Shown piece by piece: positions 1-9,685 of a DNA stretch of 64,000 nt. This stretch comes from Candidatus Latescibacterota bacterium (GTDB taxonomy: Bacteria > Latescibacterota > UBA2968 > GCA-2709665). The DNA is taken from assembly GCA_965219455.1 (NCBI GenBank), contig OZ244744.1, positions 5,780,229 to 5,844,228 on the forward strand, read 5' to 3'. The position numbers were made by a program, and so were the translations under genes. The notes under the pieces were generated by a model that did no database searches, was not told the DNA's origin, and saw only the letters and a list, made by a program, of their open reading frames with translations. Positions within the stretch are counted from its first letter, which is position 1, and each line of letters begins with the position of its first letter.

Positions 1-709
1 CCCGCTGCTTCCACTGCCAGGCGGCTTCAATAAACCCGGTCTCGCCGGCCAGTACGCCGCCGATGGGCGCACCCAGACCCTTGCTCAGATCGATCCAGAG
101 CGAATCAAACGTCTCCGCGTAATCCCTTGCGGAAATCCCGGACGCGACCACCGCGTTGAACAGACGGGCGCCGTCCATGTGCGTCTTCACGTCACGCTCG
201 TGTGCCGCATCGCAGACCGCCCGCATCTGTTCCAATGGCCAGACGCGCCCACCCGGCCGGTTTGTGGTCTGTTCAACGGCCACCAGGCGAAAGCCCGACC
301 AGTAGCGGGTCGCTGGCTGAAGGGCATCCGCCACGTGTTCAGCCGTAAAGTGCCCATTGACGCCGTCAACGGGGTACAGGGTGGCGCTTGCGAGGACTGC
401 CGCTCCGCCGGCTTCGGAATGCAACGGATGGGCGTTTCTTTCCAGTAGAACCATATCGCCGGGGCGGCAGTGCACCGCAAAGGCAATCTGGTTGCACATC
501 GTACCTGACGGCAGCAGCAATGCGGCTTCTTTGCCCAGCATGTCGGCCACCATCTCCTGCAGTTCATTCACCGACGGATCTTCCCCGCGCTGCTCATCGC
601 CGACTTCCGCCGCACACATAAACTCCCGCATTTCGCGGGTGGGTTTCGTTGCCGTATCGCTGTACAGGTCAATTTTCAACAGAGAACTATCGACAGGCTC
701 CGGATACAC
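1..709 (-). CDS. ltaE: Low-specificity L-threonine aldolase (3' end lies outside the window)
   Basis: Not in the ORF track because it is truncated. Manual translation from GTG at 709 (RBS AAGGAG) gives IDLYSDTATKPT..EVGDEQRGEDPSVNEL..PSGTMCNQIA..HMDGARLFNA..LSKGLGAPIG, the PLP-dependent threonine aldolase motifs. Confidence 0.92.
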   Translation of the reverse strand, partial: MYPEPVDSSLLKIDLYSDTATKPTREMREFMCAAEVGDEQRGEDPSVNELQEMVADMLGKEAALLLPSGTMCNQIAFAVHCRPGDMVLLERNAHPLHSEAGGAAVLASATLYPVDGVNGHFTAEHVADALQPATRYWSGFRLVAVEQTTNRPGGRVWPLEQMRAVCDAAHERDVKTHMDGARLFNAVVASGISARDYAETFDSLWIDLSKGLGAPIGGVLAGETGFIEAAWQWKQR

Positions 710-901
710 TGTTGTCTCCTTATGTTCAACCATTGTGACGGGTTGCGACGCAGAGACCAGACCAGCCGGCCACAGCAATCAATCGATTGAAGCGGGGCAA
801 CCGGCTCTGGCCGAACGGAGGGATGAAACCGGGATTCGCCGCGTTCCGAAAACTCCATAACGCGAAAACAAAACATAAGGAATGGCTGGCGGAGTACCTC
901 T

Positions 902-1864
902 TTAACCTCGATTGGGGCCGCTATCTTTTCGGAAGAGACCCAGGAACCTGTCCTCGTAAAGCCCATACAGGTTCCACCGGTCCAGTTCCCGCTTCAACAG
1001 GGACGCCTTTTCTTTGGACGTGTCTTGTTCGACCTCTCCAAACAGGCGCTCGATCCGCTCCATCACCACCTGAGGCACCTGCTCCTCGTCCACTTCTTCG
1101 AGTTCAATTTCATCCTCTTCCTCGTGTTCCATGGTGGAGAAGGTAGTGCGAATCTTCTCTTCGATCTGGGACATGGTGTCGTCCATGCGTTCAACGGCCT
1201 GGTCGATTTCCGACATATCCACATCCAGATCCAGCATTCTCGCCCAGACCCGAACGATCTCCCGCGATGCCTTGGGATTCGGCATCATCTGGGCGTACAT
1301 CGGCATGGTCGCCAACATGCAGGCCGCCCGGATATTTCGAAGCCCGGCCGATCCCAGCAACAGTCCGTTCAGACCGGCAATATGTCCTTCCTGCAAGATC
1401 TCCACGCCGTACTGCCCAAGCGCGTCGCGCAAGGCTTCCTCGTTGGCCGCGCCGAGGACCTGAACGCGTTCGTGGTGGCTGATGGGCATTGCGAACGCCG
1501 CGCCGGTATAGATGGCTTCCACCTTGAACTTCTGCGCAAGGTCAAGCATGTGGCCCATGAGAACCGTGCCTCCCATGCCCGGTATCTGTGCTTCGCTTTC
1601 GGATATAATTAACGGCGGCTCTTCGACGTAGTAAAAGACGTGGCTTGGCAGATCCGAAAACGAACGCGCGAGTCCCTTTTCCACAACCACCGCCTCCGGG
1701 GCGAAATATTCACTCATGTCAATCTCTGCGAACGGCAGCGCGTCCAGTTTCCGACGTAGGTAATCCAGCGCCCCAACGCCCACACTTCCCATACCCGGCC
1801 ATGCGGCCAGCATAATCGAAGGGCGCATCCGATCTGAAAAATCTCTGGTGATTCTCGCATTCAT
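902..1864 (-). CDS. PAC2 (proteasome assembly chaperone-like) family protein
   Basis: AAWPGMGSVG, IYTGAAF and GHIAGLNGLLLG...PNPKAS motifs, plus an acidic C-terminal helical tail. Start moved to MNARITR, which has a GGAGG RBS. Confidence 0.8.
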   Translation of the reverse strand: MNARITRDFSDRMRPSIMLAAWPGMGSVGVGALDYLRRKLDALPFAEIDMSEYFAPEAVVVEKGLARSFSDLPSHVFYYVEEPPLIISESEAQIPGMGGTVLMGHMLDLAQKFKVEAIYTGAAFAMPISHHERVQVLGAANEEALRDALGQYGVEILQEGHIAGLNGLLLGSAGLRNIRAACMLATMPMYAQMMPNPKASREIVRVWARMLDLDVDMSEIDQAVERMDDTMSQIEEKIRTTFSTMEHEEEDEIELEEVDEEQVPQVVMERIERLFGEVEQDTSKEKASLLKRELDRWNLYGLYEDRFLGLFRKDSGPNRG

Positions 1865-1926
1865 CTTAATTCCACCTCCCGCCCGGGGCCTGGTGTCCCG
1901 TCGCAGAAATATGTCACCGTTCATCC

Positions 1927-1962
1927 GCCGAATTTAGGCAATCTATTTCGGGACAGAACACT
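1927..1962. repeat. Copy of a dispersed MITE/IS-end-like repeat (GCCGAATT.AGGCAATCTATTTC.GGGACAGAACACT)
   Basis: Matches 27755-27791 with one substitution and one indel; the core also occurs at 3449-3469 and 10892-10942. Confidence 0.8.
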
Positions 1963-2216
1963 GATACCGACTGAAAAGGCTGGAAACCGATGCAATCCCG
2001 TTCAACACGGATTTGCGCCCGATAATATACGACAATCCCGTGGGATATCCAAAGCATCCGTAAATGAACCGCAGGATCGATTCAGCCTGATCTGGCTTCC
2101 GAACGACCCGATAGCACTGCGATCGCGCTCAGCTACGAAGCGATCGATAATAAACCGCCGTCGATCCGTATTCCTGGTTTCGTGGATACGGTACACAGAC
2201 CAACACTGCATTTCGG

Positions 2217-3299
2217 CTATACGAATCCCTCAAGCGGATGGGTTCGGTCAGCCATCGGAAACGCCACGCGCCCGCCTGAAATCTGCGATGCATAGGCTCC
2301 CAGCACCATCTCCAGAGCCTTCACCGCATCCACACCGCTCGAGAGGGGTTGCCGATTATGTTCGATCGCATCAATCAGATCCAGAATCGCCAGCCGATTG
2401 CCGTCGGCCAGCGGCGCGGCTTCCAGATCCAGCACTTCCCAAACCTGCGATTCATCCTCCGGCAACCAGGCACTGTACGGATAAGCGGCAACCACGGTTG
2501 GCGCGCCGCCTCGCAGCATAAACCGTCCGTCCCGCCCCACCAGTTCCAACCCGAAACACTGCCCATTGCCGGGCTGATTCGCCCGGGACACAAAAAAACC
2601 GGCGGCACCGTTTTCAAACGCAAAACAACTGTGTATACAGTCTCCTGCAATCAGTCCGACGGGTTCCCTGGCTTCAAAGGCGTCACCTGGGCACAGTTCC
2701 CGGTCTCCCACTCTGACCTGAGCGCTCATCCAGGCCACGTCGCCGACAAGGTACCGCATCAGATTGAACAGGTGCGTGCCCAGAACCATCATGTCCTCAC
2801 CTCCGCCGCGATGGTCCTGCTTGCCGGTTGCGTAGATCGCCAGCAACGGGCCGATGCGACCTTCGTCCAGCATGTGTTTTACGGCGTGAACCTGCGGCAA
2901 ATAAACGCCCTGATGCGCTGCGGCCAGTTTCACGCCCCCTCGTTCCGCCGCCGACACCATGCGGTCCGCCGATTCCAGACTGTGCGCCATCGGTTTTTCG
3001 CAATAGATATGGCAGCCCGCCGCCACACACGCCAGTACCATCTCCTCGTGGCAATCCACCCAGCGGGGGCCCACGGTTACAATTTCCAGCGCTTCTTTTT
3101 CCAGCATCTCCCGATAGTCTTCATAGGTCCGTTCCGCACCCACCGCCGCCGCGACTTCCCGCCGACCTTGCTCATCCGGATCCGCCACGGCCACCATGTC
3201 CACAACGCCAGCCGCCGCCAGGCCCAGATGAAGGCCATGTCCGTAGCCGCCTCGGTCCGTCCGGCCAATCGCGCCACCTCGATACCGTTTTCCAGACAT
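2217..3299 (-). CDS. Gfo/Idh/MocA family oxidoreductase
   Basis: GRGGYGH-like dinucleotide-binding start, HIYCEKP motif, MVLGTHLFNL motif. Confidence 0.9.
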   Translation of the reverse strand: MSGKRYRGGAIGRTDRGGYGHGLHLGLAAAGVVDMVAVADPDEQGRREVAAAVGAERTYEDYREMLEKEALEIVTVGPRWVDCHEEMVLACVAAGCHIYCEKPMAHSLESADRMVSAAERGGVKLAAAHQGVYLPQVHAVKHMLDEGRIGPLLAIYATGKQDHRGGGEDMMVLGTHLFNLMRYLVGDVAWMSAQVRVGDRELCPGDAFEAREPVGLIAGDCIHSCFAFENGAAGFFVSRANQPGNGQCFGLELVGRDGRFMLRGGAPTVVAAYPYSAWLPEDESQVWEVLDLEAAPLADGNRLAILDLIDAIEHNRQPLSSGVDAVKALEMVLGAYASQISGGRVAFPMADRTHPLEGFV

Positions 3300-3403
3300 A
3301 TACAATTCCCCTTATGCTGCGTGAATTTCCAACAAGCTCGATTCGACAAGCTTGCTTCGACTGGCCGTTTCGACACGCTCAACGCAAGCAGCACAGACAG
3401 TGC

Positions 3404-3469
3404 AAGCAACGCCGCGAGACGGGATCAAACGGCGGAAGAGCGGTCACATATTTCCGGGACAGGATACTA
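3404..3469. repeat. Dispersed MITE-like repeat copy overlapping the stop codon of the MDR gene
   Basis: TATTTCCGGGACAGGATACTA at 3449-3469. GCAACGCCGCGAGACGGGAT near 3406-3425 is an inverted copy of a motif near 27723-27742. Confidence 0.65.
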
Positions 3470-4513
3470 TGGCACCAGCACCACGCCGAGCGCTTCGTTG
3501 GGACGCTGAATCAAGTCTTCACAAGCCTCCGGCGCATCGGAAAGCCCGACCCGGTGGGTGATCAGCGGTTCGACCAGCATCCGTCCGGAAGCCATAAACC
3601 CCAGACACTCCTCCAGGTTCCGTCTTGTGGTCCATTGCATGAACACGGGCGGATAGTCCCGTCCGTGTTCCCAGGCTTCATCGTGGTATCCGGGGCCCGT
3701 CCGGGCCGCGCTCCGCACGTCCAGGTTGCCCAGGCCCGACGCGAATACGTGCTCGATCCTCGCCCCGCCGACGATCGTGATCCGGCCCATCTGGTGCGTA
3801 TCGGGCGCCCGCTTCATCATCGCCACGAGCATCTTGAAAGCCTCGGTGCCATCGCCACCGAAGGCGAGAATGCCGGCATCCAGACCGTATCCGCACGTAA
3901 AAGCCGTTGACACCCCTACGGTGTCTTCCTCGCTCACATTGACGACCCGGTCCGCCCCGGTCTTATTCGCCGCTGCCAGGCGCATCGGCAACCTGTCCAG
4001 CGCAAGCGTGTGGCAGCCGGCAAGCCGCGCCCATTGGCAGGAGAACTGTCCCACCGGCCCCAGTCCGACCACCGCAACATATTCACCCAGAGTCAACTCG
4101 GCACGGCGGACGGCGTTTAACGCCGTCGCAACGAGATGAATGGCCGACGCATCCTCAAAGTGCACGGAATCGGGCATGGGAGCCGCCATATTCCTGGGTA
4201 CGCAGACGTGCGTCGCGTGCAGCGCATAGCCTCCACCCATACAGGCCACGCGAGTACCCGTTGGAATTCCTTCACACCCCTCACCCCGTCCGATTACCAC
4301 GCCGGAATTGGAATAACCGAACGGGCGGGGCGGGGCGCTACCCGGTTTCTCCCGAAGCCTCTTCACGCCGCCCAGTTCCGTACCCGGACTCACAAAACTC
4401 GCTCTGACCTCAACCAGGACCTGACCGGGACCGGGCTGTGGAATCGGTTCCTCAAGCACCACAATCCGTCCAGCACCGTCTTTGGCCGCTACCTTGCGAA
4501 AGCCGTCTGGCAT
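3467..4513 (-). CDS. MDR-family (zinc-binding alcohol dehydrogenase superfamily) dehydrogenase, YcjQ/BchC-like subgroup
   Basis: SPGTELG, GYSNSGVV, VVGLGPVGQ Rossmann motif and LITHR. Start MPDGF has an AAGGAG RBS. Confidence 0.85.
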   Translation of the reverse strand: MPDGFRKVAAKDGAGRIVVLEEPIPQPGPGQVLVEVRASFVSPGTELGGVKRLREKPGSAPPRPFGYSNSGVVIGRGEGCEGIPTGTRVACMGGGYALHATHVCVPRNMAAPMPDSVHFEDASAIHLVATALNAVRRAELTLGEYVAVVGLGPVGQFSCQWARLAGCHTLALDRLPMRLAAANKTGADRVVNVSEEDTVGVSTAFTCGYGLDAGILAFGGDGTEAFKMLVAMMKRAPDTHQMGRITIVGGARIEHVFASGLGNLDVRSAARTGPGYHDEAWEHGRDYPPVFMQWTTRRNLEECLGFMASGRMLVEPLITHRVGLSDAPEACEDLIQRPNEALGVVLVP

Positions 4514-4657
4514 TTCAAGTCTCCTTTTCCTGACCATTCGCCTGTTGCGGGACATTGGCTATCAATCTGCAGTCATCCTTGTTTCTGACGCGCGACGGGA
4601 CGTCCTGAAACCCTATAGCCGGACACACCCGGGCCGGAAGGATCACACCTGACGTGC

Positions 4658-6661
4658 TCAATACGTATGGACGCGGTGGCCGCGTGGCACGAACCAGGCG
4701 GCATCCAATACCAACCCAAGCGCGATCGAAAACACGTATCCCACAAGAAGCCCGATAAAAAATGGACGCGAGCGCCTGTAAAACCCGGCGCCGAAAAATC
4801 TAAGCAGGATCGCCTTCAGGCTCCATGCCAGAAATATCGTAAACCCGGTCAGGTGGGAGAGGGCGGACCCGGAAAGCGCAAAACCGATGGGATGAAAGGG
4901 CCACCACGCAAACCGGTAGCGCATGAACGTGATTGCCCCCATGGCCAGCAGGCCCACGACGAAAAACACATACTCACTCGATTGCATCGGTTTGGGTGAA
5001 ATGATATCGCTTACCGCCCCCTGAAAACCCCTGTGCCCCGCCCGCGTCACGAGCCAGTTCGGCTCGAAATTGTACCCGCCCACCGTGTACCCCAGCCAGA
5101 CCACGTATAAGGTGGACGCCACAAGTCCCACGAGAAACGCGGCGCACACCGACCAGAACAACCGCTTTCTGTTGCCCTCCACGAATTCACCCAGCCGGTT
5201 GGCATGCATGCCGAATGTGAATATCGTACCCTTAAAATGACTCAATGCCACGGCCGTGGGATAGAACAAGGCGTGGGTTGCCGCCGGTATCCCCTGGGGA
5301 CCCCCGAGAGCGGCCTGTACAAGGCTTCGCGCCGATGTCGGCGAACTCAGAAAAACCAGTCCCGAGTCGGCCAGTATCTTCCCCATGGCCAGATAAACCA
5401 GAAACATGGTCGGCACCGTGAGCAGAATCACACCCACGTCCATCCCGGCATTCCAGAGCCAGGCGATCGCATAAACACACCCGACTCCCAGTCCGAGAAA
5501 CGCCGAGCGGTAGGAAATGAGTTCGCGGCTATCGTCGATATGGGCGCTTTGCGGTCTTAACGCTTTCAGGAACGCATCCCAAAGATGACGCCTCGAAATC
5601 AAAACCCAGAACACTGCCAGACCGACAAATGCGCCTGCCGTCTGCCACGTATATGGCCCGGCCGACCGGTAGGAATGCCAGGACGGCATACCCAGTCGGG
5701 TCAGTATGCCCGATTCGATCACGAAGAAGAGATCGAAAAACCAGAGGCTGAACAGGACTTCCAGGCTGGCAAAATAGGCAAAACACACCGCAAAGGTATT
5801 GAAGGAAATCCACAACGCGGGAAAGTCCCGCGCCAGCGGCAGGTACCAACCCGGCGTCATACGGAAACTGGGAAAGGCCGGGAAAAACCAGCCGATCATG
5901 TTCCAGCAATAGATGAAGGCGCTTACCGAAAACCCGGCCCAGAACATCCGCCCCTTCATCAGTTCCGGCAACAGCCGCCTTCCTGATCCGGCGGAGGATG
6001 CCATTTCCACGATCGGCTCCATGGCCGGAAACACCAGCTTTTCGTATTCCGACCACTGGCGATGGATGATAATGGACGCGCAGAAACAGGCGAATGCCAC
6101 TGCCGCAATAAACGTGAACCACCAGAACAGCGGCCCCGCCCAGCTTTCCCAGGGCACGGCCGCGTCGGGAGGCAATCCGTTGTAAAACCAGCTCATCTCC
6201 CCCTTTCTGTTCTGGGGGAAGATGAAATCCGGCAGATACGGATGCAGAAACTCCGACCAGCGATTCTCGGGCGTGGCGAAATAGTACGGGGACACGATCA
6301 CACCCACCAGGTATCCACTCACGCCATACGTGGGTCCGAGCGAACTCACAAACCCCATGGTGAAGACGGTCAGCCACTCCGACCTGGAAAACACAAAGGC
6401 CCTTCCGAATCGAAAGGCCAGAACTGAACAGAAGACCATTGACAGCAGGGTCAATATCAGGTTGCCCATGGGCATATGGCTGTAGGCCATCAGCGAGCCA
6501 TGAACAAGATAGAGCACGGTATTGGCCAGGAGACTGACGGCCGCGGCCAGGCACAGTCCAAAGACGACGGATCGAAGCGTGACGCCCCGGTCAACAGACG
6601 CCATGGGCGTTTCGAGATTTCGTTGTTCGGCCTGTCGAACGGCCGCACTTTTTTCAGCCAT
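4658..6661 (-). CDS. Polytopic membrane protein, DUF6785/DUF6784 family (putative transporter), paralogue 2
   Basis: 667 aa with many hydrophobic segments; PYYFATPENRW and C-terminal WWPFHPIGF motifs. Confidence 0.75.
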   Translation of the reverse strand: MAEKSAAVRQAEQRNLETPMASVDRGVTLRSVVFGLCLAAAVSLLANTVLYLVHGSLMAYSHMPMGNLILTLLSMVFCSVLAFRFGRAFVFSRSEWLTVFTMGFVSSLGPTYGVSGYLVGVIVSPYYFATPENRWSEFLHPYLPDFIFPQNRKGEMSWFYNGLPPDAAVPWESWAGPLFWWFTFIAAVAFACFCASIIIHRQWSEYEKLVFPAMEPIVEMASSAGSGRRLLPELMKGRMFWAGFSVSAFIYCWNMIGWFFPAFPSFRMTPGWYLPLARDFPALWISFNTFAVCFAYFASLEVLFSLWFFDLFFVIESGILTRLGMPSWHSYRSAGPYTWQTAGAFVGLAVFWVLISRRHLWDAFLKALRPQSAHIDDSRELISYRSAFLGLGVGCVYAIAWLWNAGMDVGVILLTVPTMFLVYLAMGKILADSGLVFLSSPTSARSLVQAALGGPQGIPAATHALFYPTAVALSHFKGTIFTFGMHANRLGEFVEGNRKRLFWSVCAAFLVGLVASTLYVVWLGYTVGGYNFEPNWLVTRAGHRGFQGAVSDIISPKPMQSSEYVFFVVGLLAMGAITFMRYRFAWWPFHPIGFALSGSALSHLTGFTIFLAWSLKAILLRFFGAGFYRRSRPFFIGLLVGYVFSIALGLVLDAAWFVPRGHRVHTY

Positions 6662-6730
6662 TGGACAGCCCCATATATAGGCCGGAGAATTTGCGGCTCA
6701 CCCGCGCAGCCTGGCAATACAATAGAGTCT

Positions 6731-8764
6731 CTAATACCATTTGTGGAGTGTGTGCCCCTGCTTTCCGAAGAATACGGCGTCCACCACCAACCCGAGCGTT
6801 GTAACCAGAATATATGCCGTAAGCACTCCGATAAAAAACGGACGCGATTTCCTGTAGAACGCGGCCCCAACCAACTTCAGAAGGATGAACTTCACCAGCC
6901 AGGCCAGGAACAGCGTAAAACTCGTCAGCCGCGTCAGCCAGGCGCCCGAGATTGCGAAACCCACTGGATGAACAGGCCACCAGCTGAGACGGTACCGCAA
7001 CAGATTCAACGCCATCATAGCGACAAGGCCCGCCAGAAAGAACCAGTAGTCCTCCACCTCGGCCGGCTCCGGCGAGAGAATATCGTTTACCCCTCGCTGG
7101 TACCCGCCGATTCCGGCACGGATAATCAGCCAGTTGGGCTGGAAGTTGTACCCGCCGATCGTATATCCCAACCAGATCGTAAACAGGGTCGATCCCACGA
7201 CACCCACGATAAACGCGGCAAATACGCCGCCAAAGAACCATCGATGGCCTCCGACGAGAAAATCTCCGAGTCGGTTCAGGTGCATCCCCACCGAAAACGT
7301 GTATGCGCGAAAGTGGTTAAGCGATACCGACGCCGGATACTTGATCGCGTGGGTGGGCGCCGGGACGGCGCTGGCGCCGCCGAGCGCCGCTGTGGCCAGG
7401 TCCCACGACCTGGTCGCCGAACCTATATAGATATGACCCGTCTCTGCCAGAATCTTCGCCACCCCGAAATAGATCAGAAACATAATGGGTATCAGTAGAC
7501 AGATTACCTTAAGGTCCATTCCCGCCTGCGACAACCACGCAATGGTATAAACCGTTGAAATGCCCAACCACAGAAACGCCGCCCGATACGATATCAGATC
7601 CCGGCTGTCGTCTAGAGGGACGCGCTCGGGCCGGAGCGCCTTTTGGAACGCCTGGCGCAGATGCGTCCGCGATACCAGCAGCCACCAGAAGGCAATTCCG
7701 ACAAAGGCGCCCGCCGTCTGCCAGGCGTACCGTCCCGTCATATAGTGGGGTGAAATCGCCTCGACCCCGAGCCGGTTCAGGAACCCGCCCTCGAAAATAA
7801 ACAACAGATCAAAGAACCAGAGACTGAACAATACCTCGAGGCTTGCAAAATAGGAAAAACAGATGACGACCGTACTCACGAAAATCCACTGCGGGGGAAA
7901 TGCCTGGCCCAGGGGAATCCATGTTCCCCTGGCTGTGGGGAAAACGGGAAACCCAGGTTTGAACCACCCGATGATATTCCAACTGAACACAAAAAAAACA
8001 ATCGCGAATCCCGTCCAGAAGGCCTTGCCGGTCATGAATTCCGGGAGCCATCGTCTGCCCTTGCCTGCGTTGGCCGCCATCTCCACGATCGGTTCCATAG
8101 CGGGAAACACGATCTTTTCGTTCTCCGACCACTGCCTGTGGACAATCACGGACGCACACAGACACGCCAACGCCACCGCACAGACAAACGTAAACCACCA
8201 GAACAGGGGCATCGTCCACGCCTCCCACGGGATCGGGGCGCCCTGGGGCAACCCGTCGTAAAACCAGGTCATCGCCCCGTCCTTGTTGGTCGGAATCATC
8301 CACTCAGGGAGGTACGGATGCAGAAACTCGGCCCACCGGTTCTCGGGTGTGGCGAAATAGTAGGGTGTCACGATGACACCCACCAGGTAGCCGCTTACGC
8401 CGTAGGTCGGCCCGAGGGACGCTATAAATCCCATTGCAAAGACCGTAATCCACTCGCTGGACGAGAACACGAACGTCCGGCCGAACCCTTTCGCCAGCGC
8501 CGCACAGAAAAGGATCGACAACAGCCAGACAATCAGATTCCCCATCGGCATGTGGCTGTAGGCCATAAACGAGGAATGAAGTATGTACCGTACGACGTTG
8601 CCCAGAACGCTAATGACGAGGGACAGACACAGCCCGAAAATCAGCGCCCTAATCGTCGTACCGCGATCTACCGCGGCCTGATGCGCCGGGTTTCTTTGAA
8701 GGCGCGCCAAACCCCGGGTGGAAATCGAATGTGGTTCAACCATCAATACGCCTCGATTGTCCAT
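6731..8764 (-). CDS. Polytopic membrane protein, DUF6785/DUF6784 family (putative transporter), paralogue 1
   Basis: 677 aa, colinear with the downstream paralogue (AYSHMPMGNLI, SLGPTYGVSGYLVGVIV, WWPVHPVGF). Confidence 0.75.
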   Translation of the reverse strand: MDNRGVLMVEPHSISTRGLARLQRNPAHQAAVDRGTTIRALIFGLCLSLVISVLGNVVRYILHSSFMAYSHMPMGNLIVWLLSILFCAALAKGFGRTFVFSSSEWITVFAMGFIASLGPTYGVSGYLVGVIVTPYYFATPENRWAEFLHPYLPEWMIPTNKDGAMTWFYDGLPQGAPIPWEAWTMPLFWWFTFVCAVALACLCASVIVHRQWSENEKIVFPAMEPIVEMAANAGKGRRWLPEFMTGKAFWTGFAIVFFVFSWNIIGWFKPGFPVFPTARGTWIPLGQAFPPQWIFVSTVVICFSYFASLEVLFSLWFFDLLFIFEGGFLNRLGVEAISPHYMTGRYAWQTAGAFVGIAFWWLLVSRTHLRQAFQKALRPERVPLDDSRDLISYRAAFLWLGISTVYTIAWLSQAGMDLKVICLLIPIMFLIYFGVAKILAETGHIYIGSATRSWDLATAALGGASAVPAPTHAIKYPASVSLNHFRAYTFSVGMHLNRLGDFLVGGHRWFFGGVFAAFIVGVVGSTLFTIWLGYTIGGYNFQPNWLIIRAGIGGYQRGVNDILSPEPAEVEDYWFFLAGLVAMMALNLLRYRLSWWPVHPVGFAISGAWLTRLTSFTLFLAWLVKFILLKLVGAAFYRKSRPFFIGVLTAYILVTTLGLVVDAVFFGKQGHTLHKWY

Positions 8765-8810
8765 CAGAGCCGGGAATCGAGTTCCCTTCGCCCAATACAG
8801 GTCATCGCAA

Positions 8811-9602
8811 CTACATCGCCACGATCTTCTTCATTCGCCTTGCCGTCTCGATCTGCGCCTCGCGGCTGCCTGAAACCTCGTGGACTACCGGAGAACGATA
8901 TCCAATGGCGCGCAGTTCGGCCATCACCGCGGGCCAATCGGTATCGCCGTCCATGAGATCCACAAAACGGTGTTCACTTCGTCTGAAATCCTTGAAATGC
9001 ACCCGTACTATGCGTTCGCCAAGGCCTCGGATCCAGTGCTCAGGAAAGCCGTACGCCATCATATTCGCGGTGTCGAGATAGGTCCCCACCCGCGGGCTTG
9101 CAACGGCATCGACAAACGCGGCCATCTCCGGAGGACTCAACAGGAACTTGTTCCATACGTTCTCGATACCCACTGAGACCCCCTTTTCTTCGGCCACCGG
9201 CGCCACGTCCCTGATTGCGCCCAACATCCCGTCCCACGCCAGTTGATAAGTGCCTTCGGCCGTGAGTTGCCCAGGATGTAGCAGCACCGCGTCGATTCCC
9301 AGAACGTGTGCGATTTCAATAGACCGCACGAGACACCTGACGCCCTGTTCACGATCGCTCATATTCAAGCTCAGGAAATTCCCGCGATCGGCATATTGCG
9401 CGATCGAACTGCCGATCTCCAGGCCAACGGCATCGCACTTTCTACGTACCGCCCGGATCTCATCGTCACTCATATCCACGTCGGGGTCCCCGCCCTCGCC
9501 AAATACCAGTTCCAGAGACTCGTAACCGGCGACGCCGCACAATTCCAGCGTTTCGTCCAGCGAAAGCCGACCCAGGATAATCTGTGTCACGCCAATTTTC
9601 AT
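8811..9602 (-). CDS. Sugar phosphate isomerase/epimerase (xylose-isomerase-like TIM barrel)
   Basis: Metal-ligand motifs IENVWNKFLLSP, YLDTAN, VHFKDF and VVHE. Confidence 0.9.
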   Translation of the reverse strand: MKIGVTQIILGRLSLDETLELCGVAGYESLELVFGEGGDPDVDMSDDEIRAVRRKCDAVGLEIGSSIAQYADRGNFLSLNMSDREQGVRCLVRSIEIAHVLGIDAVLLHPGQLTAEGTYQLAWDGMLGAIRDVAPVAEEKGVSVGIENVWNKFLLSPPEMAAFVDAVASPRVGTYLDTANMMAYGFPEHWIRGLGERIVRVHFKDFRRSEHRFVDLMDGDTDWPAVMAELRAIGYRSPVVHEVSGSREAQIETARRMKKIVAM

Positions 9603-9685
9603 AAACCTCTCCTCGTGTTAACCTGCCCGCGATTCCGGTCTCTGTACGACGCGGTTCCCGGGCAGTTGCGACCCCGGCATTCCAC

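Noticed and set aside
3335-3392. Three TTCGAC-containing motifs resembling a degenerate REP element
   Set aside because: Too short and degenerate to call, with no matching inverted partner.
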